Shown one piece after another: positions 51,165 to 63,040 of a DNA stretch of 64,000 nucleotides. The notes under the pieces are model-generated. The model made no database searches. It had not been told where the DNA came from and saw nothing but the letters and a program-made list of their open reading frames with translations. The translations under genes and the position numbers were made by a program. The stretch's first letter is position 1; each line of letters starts with the position of its first letter. The stretch is from positions 279,569 to 343,568 of the forward strand of contig CAVRVJ010000003.1 of assembly GCA_963724645.1 (NCBI GenBank), given 5' to 3'. The stretch is from an uncultured Acidobacteriota bacterium. GTDB lineage: Bacteria; Acidobacteriota; Vicinamibacteria; Vicinamibacterales; SCN-69-37.

Positions 51165-52769
51165 GTAACTCTCTCGAGAAGGGCGTCCCGTCGGCCCCCA
51201 GTCCCGCAAACAGGCCAACATGCTGCTGGTCGACGACCAGCCGGCCAAGCTCCTGACCTATCAGGCGATCCTCGGGGGCATTGGCGCCAATCTCGTGACG
51301 GCCAGCTCGGCGCGCGAGGCACTCGAGCATCTTCTGAAGAACGAGTTCGCGGTCGTCATCGTGGACGTCTGCATGCCGGACCTGGACGGCTTCGAGCTGG
51401 CGGAGATGATCCGCGACCATCCGCGCTTCCGGCAGACGGCGATCATCTTCGTGTCCGGCGTGCACATGACGGACCTGGATCGCTTGAAGGGCTACGAGCG
51501 CGGCGCCGTGGACTACCTGCCCGTGCCGATCGTCCCCGAAATTCTTGCGCGCGAAGGTGCAGGTCTTCGTCGACCTGCACCTGAAGACGCGGGAGCTCGA
51601 ACGGTTGAACAGGAACCTCGAGCGGCGCGTCGCCCAACGCACCGAGGAGCTCGAGGAAGCCGGTCGCCGGAAGGACGAGTTCCTCGCCGTTCTGGCGCAC
51701 GAGCTGCGAAATCCCCTCGCGGCGATCCGCATGGCCGCGCAGTCGATCGGCCTGCGCGAGCCGGACGTCGACGACCGCGAGCGCTGGGCCAACGTGATCG
51801 AGCGCCAGGTCGGACATCTGTCGCGGCTCATCGACGACCTCGTGGATGTCTCGCGAATCACCCGCGGCACCATCGAACTGCAACGCAAAGCGGTGGACGT
51901 CGGCGGGATCGTCGCCGAGGCGGTCGAGGCCAGCCGGCCGCTCATCGACGATCGGCAGCACGGCCTCATCGATCAACCTGCCGGACGGCCATTTGTCCGT
52001 ATACGGCGACGCGCCCCGGCTGGTCCAGGTGATCGCCAACCTGCTCCACAACGCGGCGAAATTCACGCCCAAAGGCGGTCAGATCACCGTCGCCGTCGAG
52101 CGCGACGGGCAGGACATCGCGATCCGTGTCACCGACAACGGCATCGGCATCGACCCCGAACTCCTGCCGAAGATCTTCGAGATGTTCTCGCAGGTCGGCC
52201 GTCCGCTCGATCGGCCCTCGGCCGGACTCGGCATCGGGCTGGCGCTCGTGCGGACGCTGGTCGAGCTGCATGGCGGCTCGGTCACAGCGCAGAGCCAGGG
52301 GCGCGGCACGGGCACGACGATCTCGGTGCGGTTGCCGGCACTCGACGTGGCGCCGCTGGCCGACGAGGCCGCACGTCAGCCGGCCGGGCTGCCGGCGCTG
52401 CCTCCCTCGCGGATCCTCGTGGTCGACGACAACGCCGATGCCGCCGACGCGCTCGCGTTCATGCTTCGCGCCGCTGGCCACGAAGTGAACACGGCCAATG
52501 ACGGTGTCGAGGCCTTGAACATCTCGCCCGACTTCCGCCCCGAGATCGTCCTGCTGGACCTCGGCATGCCCAATCTGAACGGGTACGCCACCGCCCACCG
52601 AATGAGGGAGGAGCCGTGGGGACAGGACATCGTCCTTGTCGCGCTCACAGGCTGGGGGCAGCCCAAGGATCGCGATCGCACGTCGCGCGCCGGCTTCGAC
52701 GCCCACCTTGTCAAACCGGTCGGCGTCGATGAGCTCTTCGGGATGCTCGCGCAGCTGCGCAGCTCCTGA
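51161..52769 (+). CDS. REC-HisKA-HATPase-REC hybrid kinase (frameshifted)
   Basis: LLVDD..DVCMP, LAHELRNPL, NLLHNAAKFT, GLGIGL, C-terminal receiver; ATG overlaps the upstream stop. Confidence 0.9.
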
Positions 52770-52775
52770 CGATCC

Positions 52776-54359
52776 CTATTTCAGGTCCTTCTTCACGACC
52801 TTCCCCGTCGGTCCGACCGGCAGCGAGTCGCGAAACTCAATCGACCGCGGGTACTTGAACGCGGCCATCTGCTCTTTGCTCCACGCGATCAGCTCTTCCG
52901 CGTTCAGGGCGGCGCCCGATTTCAGCACGACGTACGCTTTGATCTCTTCGCCGAGCCGCACGTCGGGCACGCCAACCACGGCGGCGAGCGAGACGGCCGG
53001 ATGCGTGAGCAGCACTTCTTCGATCTCGCGCGGGTACACGTTCATCCCGCCCCGCAGAATGAGATCCTTCTTGCGATCGACGATCGAGAGAAACCCGTCC
53101 TCGTCGAGCACGCCGATGTCGCCGGTGTGCAGCCAGCCGCCCCGCAGGGCTTCAGCCGTCTCTGCCGGCCGGTTGTAGTAGCCCTTCATGACGTTGTGGC
53201 CGCGGATCACGACCTCCCCGCGCGCTCCGGCGGGGACCGGCTGGTCCCGATCATCGACAACGCGGATTTCGCATCCGGCCACGGGAATGCCAACCGTTCC
53301 GGGTTTTGACGGCAGGAAGACCTGGTTGAAGCAGGCGACCGGTGAGGTCTCCGACAGACCGTAGCCCTCGAGCAGCCGGACGTTGAACGTACGCTCGAAG
53401 TCCCGCAGCAGTTGAACCGGCATCGGCGCCCCACCGGAAACGCAGACTTTGAGTGATGCCGCCGAGCTGGCGACGTCCGTCTGCGATTCGCGCACATGTT
53501 GCAGCAGTACCCAGTACATCGTTGGGACGCCGACCCAGTACGACACGGCCTCCTCCACGAACGCGCGCAACACGGCAGCCGGGTCAAAACGCGGCAGCAG
53601 CACGAGCGTGAAACCGCCGGCGATGCCCGCGTTCATCTGCGCCAGTCTGGCCGGTGGAGTGAAAGAGCGGAAGCGTGATGAGCGAAACCATCCTTGCGTC
53701 GACGGCGAACCCGAGCAGCGGCAGGATCATGTCCCGCGATGCCATCGCGTTCATCGTCATGTTGACGTGCGTAAGCTCGGCGCCCTTGGGCTGACCGGTC
53801 GTGCCCGAGGTGTAGAGCATGACGGCTGTGTCATCCGGCGCAGTGGCACAGCTTTCGAAGATCGACGGCTGGCCGTCGATGACTTGTCCCAGGGTCAGCG
53901 ACCGATCGACCGGGCTGGCCGCCGTGGGATCGATCGTCATCACGATGAGATGCCGGCACCCCGGAACGCTGGCGCAGGCCTGTTCGCGCCATGCGGGCCA
54001 TTGGCAGTTCCGGCGTGCCTTCAAAGACAAGCAGAGCCTGGGCATCGCTATCCTGCAGGTGATACGCGATCTCGCGCGGTTTGAGCAGGACATTGAGCGG
54101 CACGACGACGCCGCCGAGTTTCAGGATCGCGTAGTACGCGATCGGAAACAAAGGAGTGTTCGGGCAGGCCAGAGCAATGTGATCGCCCGGACCGAGGCCG
54201 AGCGTGGCGAAGTCCTGAGGCCAGCTGGCTCGCCGCCGCATCGACCTGCGCATATGTCAGCCGGTGCCCGCCGCAGACGACGGCGGTCCTGCCCGGCGTG
54301 AGACGCGCCTGATGTTCAAGCAGGTTACAAAGATTCAGCGTGGTGGCGGTCGGAAACAT
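52776..54359 (-). CDS. Long-chain fatty acid-CoA ligase (frameshifted)
   Basis: YTSGTTGQPKG, EGYGLSE, HTGDIG, DRKKD, YPREIEE, PTGK. Confidence 0.9.
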
Positions 54360-54383
54360 TGGCGTCGATTGTGGTCGGCTGGA

Positions 54384-55799
54384 CTATCGACCCATTTGCC
54401 CGACGGCAGATCCGCTCACGGCAAACGCCAGCAGGACGTTGCCTGGCGTTCCCCCGAAGCGGGGGTAGCCCGAGTTCACGAACATCATCCCGCCAACGAT
54501 GACGGGTCCAGCGCCGTCGAGTGATCCGCCCTTGCCCTGAACGCCATTGACCGTCGAACGGACGAGCATGGCCGGGGCGCCAAAATCGTGGTCCGGACCA
54601 TTGTTGCGAGGACAATTCGCTCCCTGAATGTTGCACGCCGAATTGTAGACGTCGTTGAGCGTCGTCTGCTGTGACCAGAGGATCCGGCCCGTCTTCAGGT
54701 CGAGCGCGACGATGGCGTCGCTCGTCGTTGTTGCCGGATACGAGTAATTGTCGCCTGTCGTGATGTAGAGGACGCCGCGTGGAACGTCGACCGTGGGAGT
54801 CGACCAGACGCCCGCACCCGAGGGGCCCAGGGTGTCGGCGCCGCTTGCGGCGATTCCTGTCTTGCTCGGCACCCCGACCAGGTACGCCTTCCAGACCTTC
54901 GAGCCGTCGCGAACGCGAAGCGCGGTGACGCTGCCGCGAAACGTGCAGCACGGATACTGCGCATCGATCGCGCGCGTTTCTTCCCAGGAGGCAGCCGGCA
55001 CGAACACGATGTCTCCGTTGACCGCAGCCGCGGCGGTCAATCGCACCGCTTCGTGTTCTTCCACTCGCTCCTTCCAGCGGAGGGATCCGGTCCGTGCGTC
55101 GAGCGCGTAGACCCAGCCGATCTGGTCGCTGAAGACGAGCGTCCGCGCCCCGTGATCGTCGGCCACAACGGGCGCCGATCGAACGGGACCGTTCGCCTGA
55201 AAAACCCAGTACAGGCATCCCGTGCCGGCGTCGATCGCGTGAACGGATCCACCGGCGCTGCCGACGAACAACGTGCCATCGTGCACCGTCGGCGCGGCCA
55301 CAGCCATGATGTCGCCCTGAAACGCGAACGCCCACTTCAGCGTCAGTCGGCCGAGGTCTGACGTAGTGAGCCCGGCGAACCCGCCGGTCTGGAATCTCGC
55401 ATTCGTCGCGTCAGGGCTCCAGCCGTTCCACGACGGTGCGGACGGGGACGATCCCATGGCCTGCCCGCCTCGGCACGACGCGCTCGCCGGCAGAGCGGGC
55501 TCCGCGTCCTTCGTGCCGATGAAGCTTGCCACCGCTTCGCGTTCATTGCGCCGCAGGGGATACGCGATGCTCATCATGACCCCGAAGTCTAGGGTGCGAA
55601 GGATGCGCGAGGCCGGCATCTTCTGAAGCTCTTCGCGTCGCGGAATGCGAGGACTCGCCTGGTCGTGGCAGGACGCGCAATATTTCCGGTAGATCTCTTC
55701 GCCGGACGCGGCAGTCGCTTGCGCCCGCAGCGCAGCAAGGCCGCACACGGCAGCCGCAGACGCAAGAGCGAACGCGATCGAGGCTCGCATCGATGTCAT
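54384..55799 (-). CDS. Cytochrome c/PQQ dehydrogenase (PVA dehydrogenase-like), apparently internally deleted
   Basis: CASCH heme motif, PQQ propeller AxDxxTGxxxW repeats, PCCTFRGS, C-terminal NSGY..GNVLLAF. Confidence 0.78.
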   Translation of the reverse strand: MTSMRASIAFALASAAAVCGLAALRAQATAASGEEIYRKYCASCHDQASPRIPRREELQKMPASRILRTLDFGVMMSIAYPLRRNEREAVASFIGTKDAEPALPASASCRGGQAMGSSPSAPSWNGWSPDATNARFQTGGFAGLTTSDLGRLTLKWAFAFQGDIMAVAAPTVHDGTLFVGSAGGSVHAIDAGTGCLYWVFQANGPVRSAPVVADDHGARTLVFSDQIGWVYALDARTGSLRWKERVEEHEAVRLTAAAAVNGDIVFVPAASWEETRAIDAQYPCCTFRGSVTALRVRDGSKVWKAYLVGVPSKTGIAASGADTLGPSGAGVWSTPTVDVPRGVLYITTGDNYSYPATTTSDAIVALDLKTGRILWSQQTTLNDVYNSACNIQGANCPRNNGPDHDFGAPAMLVRSTVNGVQGKGGSLDGAGPVIVGGMMFVNSGYPRFGGTPGNVLLAFAVSGSAVGQMGR

Positions 55800-55816
55800 C
55801 TAATCCCGGAAAGCTC

Positions 55817-55902
55817 CGGAAAGCACTTGACTTGACGTGGTATCGTCGCGCGCCCGCGAGGGCGCGGGCGGAGTGTACCACGTCAAGTCAAGTGACTTTC
55901 CG
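55817..55902. repeat. ~86-bp hairpin element, copy A
   Basis: CACTTGACTTGACGTGGTA / TACCACGTCAAGTCAAGTG perfect 19-bp IR plus CGGAAAG/CTTTCCG; inner CGCGCCC-GCGA-GGGCGCG. Confidence 0.85.
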
Positions 55903-56192
55903 TAGATAGAACGAGGCCGGCGGTCAGTCCGTGCCCCCGCCTCCGCGGCCCCCGCCGGCCCGCCGGTCCCCATCCTGCGATCGCCGCCTCTCGCGGAACG
56001 AGTAAGTCGATCGCGGGGTCAAGGCGCTCGATCCCGCCGACAGGTTCGGTCGATGTCATGAGTCCCTGGGAGACGCGCCGCTAACTGTCGATCAGATGCG
56101 CGTCCACGGCAAGCTGGAAACGCCGCTCGGGCCCGTTGCGGCAGGACGACGGAGCGCCAGTGCCGGCGCCCGACACCCGCTATACTGAAAGG

Positions 56193-58033
<1,841 letters not shown>

Positions 58034-58039
58034 CGCCCG

Positions 58040-59434
58040 TCAACGCGGAGGCCGGAAGTGCACCTGCCGGCCGTCATAGATGCAGACGACCCGCGGGTCG
58101 TTCCCGGCGGGAATCGATGCGTCCGCGTACGCGATCGTGCCGAAAATGTGCGTTCGGCCGAACGTATCCGAGAACACGACATTCAGGTACCCACTGATGC
58201 CGTCACGCAGCAACCGCTCGGTGCGTGAATCCCCAGGGACCAGAACGACGTCTCCGTGATAGCTGCGAACCCACGGATCGTCCCGAATTCCCCGGGTGAA
58301 AGCCGCGGTGAACGCAGTGACCTGATGCGATTGGATCGCCAACGCGACCTGATAGCCGGCGAGTCCGGCGACGTAGATCGTGAGCATTGCCGGAAGGAGG
58401 CGGCCCGATGGCAAACGCGCCCAGAGTCGAGCCGTGACATGCCCGGCAGCCAGGCATAGTCCAAACCCCGGCAGGTACAGGTACAGCTCGCTCCTCGCCA
58501 CGACCGGCAGCACCGGTGCGATGAACACGAGAAACCAGACGATGCCGTACAGGGCAAGACGCAGGAGCGAGAGATCCGCGGTCTTGTTCGTTCTGCTCCG
58601 CCCGCGAAGGGAAAACGCCGCGGGGCCTGCCACGAGCGCGATGAGCGCCGCCGGAGATGGGACCGCCCGTAACAGGTAGATCCGGGCGCCGCGGATCCAT
58701 CGCGACAGCGCGAACACCCACTTGTAGTGCTCGTCGGTCGACAGCGGCATAAGCGCGCCCGAAGCCATCCGCAAGAGCATCGGAGCGGCGCCGAGGGCCA
58801 GCAGCACGGCGACTCCGAGGATGCGCCGGCGCGTGAGAAGAGGGCCGGCAGGCGGCGTAAACAACATCAGGACCGGGAGAAGCGCGGCCGTCTCCTTCGA
58901 CAGAAACGCGGCTACATATGCCACGCCCGCCGCGACAAGCCAGCGACGCGCGCCTCCTTGCTCCCAGCGCAGCCAGCACAGAAGCGCCACGAACGAGCAC
59001 GCGCTCATGAGCAGCTCGGGACGCGCCGAAGGCCAGAAGATCGCAATGGTATGCGCCTTCGGGGTCAGGACGAACGCCAGTGCCGCCAGAAACGCCGCCC
59101 GCTCGCTCAATACGCCTCGGGCGAACTGATGCGCGGCGGCAATCACCAGAAGATGCACCGCCAGGTTGCTGATCCGGAACATGACCGGACTGAAGCCCCA
59201 GACGATGGCGTCGCCAAGGAGCGCGCTGTGCGCCAGCGGCCGGTAGAATCCGAAAGGATCCGGCGACGAAAAGATCTGCAGCACCGTTGGCCCCGTGAGC
59301 AGGCGGGCGATGTGGACGAAGTCGTCGCTCACCCAGCCACCCCCGAGGAAGGGCGCCGCACTGGCGCCGAGTACAAGCACCAGGGTTCGATACAGGACTT
59401 GGGGATGCGACAGCCGCGCCATCAATGGCCGCAT
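58040..59434 (-). CDS. GT-C-like membrane protein (TMTC/ArnT-like motifs)
   Basis: SDDF, FYRPL, SARPEL, LSKE, YLYLP. Confidence 0.72.
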   Translation of the reverse strand: MRPLMARLSHPQVLYRTLVLVLGASAAPFLGGGWVSDDFVHIARLLTGPTVLQIFSSPDPFGFYRPLAHSALLGDAIVWGFSPVMFRISNLAVHLLVIAAAHQFARGVLSERAAFLAALAFVLTPKAHTIAIFWPSARPELLMSACSFVALLCWLRWEQGGARRWLVAAGVAYVAAFLSKETAALLPVLMLFTPPAGPLLTRRRILGVAVLLALGAAPMLLRMASGALMPLSTDEHYKWVFALSRWIRGARIYLLRAVPSPAALIALVAGPAAFSLRGRSRTNKTADLSLLRLALYGIVWFLVFIAPVLPVVARSELYLYLPGFGLCLAAGHVTARLWARLPSGRLLPAMLTIYVAGLAGYQVALAIQSHQVTAFTAAFTRGIRDDPWVRSYHGDVVLVPGDSRTERLLRDGISGYLNVVFSDTFGRTHIFGTIAYADASIPAGNDPRVVCIYDGRQVHFRPPR

Positions 59435-59484
59435 GTTCGGACGGGCATTCTACTGTGCCGATCAGGTGGGGTACGCTGTTCCCC

Positions 59485-60625
59485 GTGCCGAATCGCCTGC
59501 GACCGTGGCTGTGGCCTCTGGTAACTGTCGCGGTCGCCGTCCTCGCCTACGCCCTGCTGCGCCACAAGCGAACCGAGCTCGTCGACTTCGCGGTACCCCG
59601 CACGGCTGCCATGCGCGTGATTGCCGCCGAGCCCCTGTATCGGCCGGAGGACGGTCACTATCAGTACAAGTATCTGCCGGCGTTCGCGTTCTTCATGATC
59701 CCGTTCACCTGGCCGCCCAAGGAGGCCGCGGAAGGTCTCTGGTTCGCGCTGACGGTCTACATGACCTGGGTGTTCGTGCGGCTGTCGCTTCGCGCGTTGC
59801 CGGACCGCCGGATGTCGGTCCAGCCCCTCGTCTGGCTGACCTTATTGCTCAACGGAAAGTTCTTGGTAAAGGAACTGGCGTTCGGCCAATTCAATCTCCC
59901 GCTCGCCCTGCTGTTCATCGGCGCGGTGATCGCCGCGCAGCGCAAGAGACCCATTCTCGCCGGGGTGTTCGTCGGGATCGGGGTCTTCGTGAAACCGTAC
60001 GCGCTCGTCCTGCTGCCCTGGCTGGCGTGGACGCAGGGCTGGCCCGCACTTGCCGCGTTCGGCGGCGTCACGACTCGCCGGTCTCGCGCTTCCGGCATCC
60101 GTCTACGGCTGGAGCGGTAACCTCGCCCTGCTTCATGAGTGGTACCGCACGGTCACCGAGACGACGGCACCGAACCTGCTCGTGGGCGAAAACATTTCTT
60201 TTGTCACCATGTGGTCGAAGTGGCTTCGACCCGGGGCAACGGCGTCGGCGCTCGCAGCGGCGACCGCGGCCGCCGCACTCGGGCTCGGCGCGCTCGTCCT
60301 GCGGAAGGGTCGCCTGGTCACCGAGCCGAACTACCTCGACTGCGCGTTCTTCTTCGTGCTGATCCCGCTGCTCTCGCCGCAAGGGTGGGATTACGTGCTG
60401 CTGCTGGCGCTGCCGGCCTACATGTGCCTTGTCGATCGCTGGTCCGACTCGACGCCCGCCTGGCGGGCCGCAGCGATGGCGGCGTTCATTCTGACGAGCT
60501 TCACGATCTTCGACGTGTTGCGGCGAGGCCTGTACCTGCATCTGCTCGCGCTGTCCGGCGAAAGCGTCGGCGCAATTCTGCTGGCCGTCTGTCTCGCCCG
60601 CCTCCGCTGGCGCGCTGTGGCGTGA
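59485..60625 (+). CDS. GT87/DUF2029 glycosyltransferase (frameshift near 60075)
   Basis: VDF, YKYLPAFA, GQFN, VKPY, NIS, LSPQGWDY. Confidence 0.83.
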
Positions 60626-60674
60626 TCGGCGGCCGCAGCCGCCACGTGGGCTGCGGCTATACTTTGTCGCTGAG

Positions 60675-61808
60675 ATGAAGGCGAAGTTGCGCCCATTCCT
60701 TCTGCCGCTGGTGCTCGCCGTTCTCGCAATTCTCGTCTACAACAAGCGCGTCCAGCACGAGATGGTCGACTTCACCATCTGGCGGCAGGCGGCGGTGCGC
60801 GGGCTTCAGGCGCAACCGCTCTATCGCCCCGAAGACGGCCACTACCAGTTCAAGTACTTTCCGGTATTCGCCCTCATGATGGCGCCCTTCGCGGTCCTGG
60901 ATCAGGACACGGCCAAGATGATCTGGTTTGCGGTGTCGTTCGGGTTGCTCGCGGCCTTTCTGCGCTGGTCAATTGCGGCGCTGCCCGAACGCCGGCAGTC
61001 GGAGCGCGCGCTGCTCTGGCTTGCTATCGTGCTCATGGCGAAGTTCTATGCGCATGAGCTGCTGCTCGGTCAGACCAACCTGTTGCTGGGCGCCCTCCTC
61101 GTCGCGGGCCTCCTGGCCATTCAGATCGATCAACCCGTGATGGCCGGCGGCCTCATCGGCGCGGCGGCATTCGTGAAGCCTTACGCGCTCCTCATTCTTC
61201 CATGGCTGGTCGTCATGCAGGGTGTGGCGGCTGGCGTCATGGCGGCAGGCATCGTTGTGACGGGCCTGTTGCTGCCGGCTGCCGTGTACGGCTGGATCGG
61301 TAACCGCGATCTGCTGCTCGGGTGGTACCGCACGGTGTCGGACACGACGGAGCCGAACCTGCTCGGGAACGACAACGTCTCGCTGGCCGCGATGTGGGCC
61401 AAGTGGATCGGACCGGGACCGTCAGCGTCGGTCCTGGCGGCCCTTTCCGCGGCTGTGCTGGTCGGATTGGTCGTGATGATCTGCCGTAGACGCCGCGGCA
61501 TCGCCACGCCGGAGTACCTCGAGTTCGCGCTGCTGATGCTGCTCATCCCGCTCCTGTCTCCCCAGGGCTGGGACTACGTCCTTCTTCTCGCCACACCAGC
61601 CGTCGTCTGCCTGCTCGATCGCTGGCGCGAGCTGACCAGAGCCTGGCAAGCCGCGCTCGGCCTGGCCCTCGTGCTCATGTGCCTGACCATGTTCGACGTC
61701 ATGGGCCGGGATTTGTACGGCCGGTTCATGGCGCTCTCCGTTGTCACCGTGAGCGCCCTTGGTGTCGCCGCCGGTTTGGCTCACCTCCGCTGGCGGAAAC
61801 TGGCGTAG
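60675..61808 (+). CDS. GT87/DUF2029 glycosyltransferase
   Basis: MVDF, FKYFP, GQTN, VKPY, NVS, LSPQGWDY. Confidence 0.85.
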   Translation: MKAKLRPFLLPLVLAVLAILVYNKRVQHEMVDFTIWRQAAVRGLQAQPLYRPEDGHYQFKYFPVFALMMAPFAVLDQDTAKMIWFAVSFGLLAAFLRWSIAALPERRQSERALLWLAIVLMAKFYAHELLLGQTNLLLGALLVAGLLAIQIDQPVMAGGLIGAAAFVKPYALLILPWLVVMQGVAAGVMAAGIVVTGLLLPAAVYGWIGNRDLLLGWYRTVSDTTEPNLLGNDNVSLAAMWAKWIGPGPSASVLAALSAAVLVGLVVMICRRRRGIATPEYLEFALLMLLIPLLSPQGWDYVLLLATPAVVCLLDRWRELTRAWQAALGLALVLMCLTMFDVMGRDLYGRFMALSVVTVSALGVAAGLAHLRWRKLA

Positions 61809-61922
61809 CTCGTCGCGGGTAGCGACTACCCCGGACCAGTCGCCTTGTGTATCTATTGCCCTTGTCGCCGGGCCGGTCAGGCCTATCACAGGGGTAACGG
61901 TCCTCCCCACACGTGTCGAGCC

Positions 61923-61937
61923 TGGCATGTTGCTTGC
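61923..61937 (+). promoter_or_regulatory. Sigma54 -24/-12 promoter
   Basis: TGGCATGTTGCTTGC matches TGGCAC/T-N5-TTGC with exact GG-N10-GC spacing. Confidence 0.65.
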
Positions 61938-61983
61938 GGGACGCGTCCGTGCCTTGCCGTCACAGCGCACCGGGGAGGAAAGC

Positions 61984-62184
61984 ATGAACGTGCACCGGCA
62001 CCGCCAACTGCACCTGTGGATCACGGAACGCGATTATTCGCTCCTGCGTGAGTTGGCGAAAGCGCGCCGGGAGACGCTGTCGTCGGTCGTTCGACGCCTT
62101 ATCAAGCTGCAGCGTGCCGGTTCGGTGGTCGGCGACCCCGAGCCCCCGTGCGCGCGAGGCCATGCGGATCTCGGGCCGGCCTGA
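61984..62184 (+). CDS. Small ribbon-helix-helix (CopG-like) protein
   Basis: RBS GGAGG; RQLHLWI strand followed by DYSLLRELAK and TLSSVVRRLI helices. Confidence 0.65.
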   Translation: MNVHRHRQLHLWITERDYSLLRELAKARRETLSSVVRRLIKLQRAGSVVGDPEPPCARGHADLGPA

Positions 62185-62258
62185 CCGAGCCTGAGCTTTC
62201 GCTATAATCAGCGCCTCAGGGGACGGACGGAGTCCCCGGTCAATGGAGTGAGATCCCT

Positions 62259-62957
62259 ATGAGCATCAGAAAAGTCGCTCTATCGTTTGTGCTGGCGCTG
62301 GTCTTCTCAGTGCCGTTCCTTCTGCGCGCGCAACAGCCGGCCGCGCCCGCGGCGGGTCAGGCCAGGGGACCGCAGCAGCCGATGTCGTTCTTTGTGACGA
62401 GTGATCCGATCGGTGACGGCGGTAATCTCGGCGGCGTCGCCGGCGCGGACGCCCATTGCCAGAAGCTGGCCGTTGCTGCGGGCAGCACCAAGACGTGGCA
62501 TGCGTATCTGAGCACTCAGGGCACGGGCGCCGTCAACGCGCGCGATCGTATCGGCCCCGGACCTTGGTACGGCTCCCGCGGCAATCTCATCGCCAGCAGC
62601 GTGGCCCAATTGCATGGCGACACGGCCGAGGACGCGCGGCTCTGGCCGAATCTCAACAAGAGCACGGCGTTCACTGAGAAGAAGGAAATGCACAAGGGAT
62701 TCGGCGACACGCCGAACGAGCACGACATTCTGACCGGCACGCAGCCTGACGGCCGCGCGTACACGGATGCCGCGGACCACACGTGCGCGAATTGGACGAG
62801 CAACACCAGCACCGGCCGCGCGCAGCTCGGCCACTTCGACCGGACGGGTGGACCCAACGCGTCGTGGAACTCGGTGCACGGCAGCCGCGGCTGCGCGCAG
62901 GCCGACCTGATTCCGACCGGCGGAATCGGGCTGCTGTACTGCTTCGCGGTGAACTGA
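62259..62957 (+). CDS. Secreted endostatin/DUF1554-like (lectin-like) protein
   Basis: Signal peptide; FFVTS..GNLGGVAGADAHCQ..WHAYLS..ARDRIG.GPW, TCANWTS, LLYCFA; TATAAT and GGAG upstream. Confidence 0.75.
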   Translation: MSIRKVALSFVLALVFSVPFLLRAQQPAAPAAGQARGPQQPMSFFVTSDPIGDGGNLGGVAGADAHCQKLAVAAGSTKTWHAYLSTQGTGAVNARDRIGPGPWYGSRGNLIASSVAQLHGDTAEDARLWPNLNKSTAFTEKKEMHKGFGDTPNEHDILTGTQPDGRAYTDAADHTCANWTSNTSTGRAQLGHFDRTGGPNASWNSVHGSRGCAQADLIPTGGIGLLYCFAVN

Positions 62958-63040
62958 GGAGGCACTGGACTCGACGTGGTGCCGTCGCGCGCCCGAGGGC
63001 GCGGGCGCAACCTGCCATGTCAAGTCAAGTGACTTTCCGT
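62958..63040. repeat. ~83-bp hairpin element, copy B
   Basis: Collinear with 55817-55902; identical GTCAAGTCAAGTGACTTTCCGTA end. Confidence 0.85.

Noticed and set aside
55847-55868. CGCGCCCGCGAGGGCGCG resembles the hairpin of type I-C CRISPR repeats
   Set aside because: No ATTGAAAC end, no spacer array and no cas genes; it is part of a larger inverted repeat
55905-56180. Possible small gene or remnant upstream of typA
   Set aside because: No convincing start, RBS or motif
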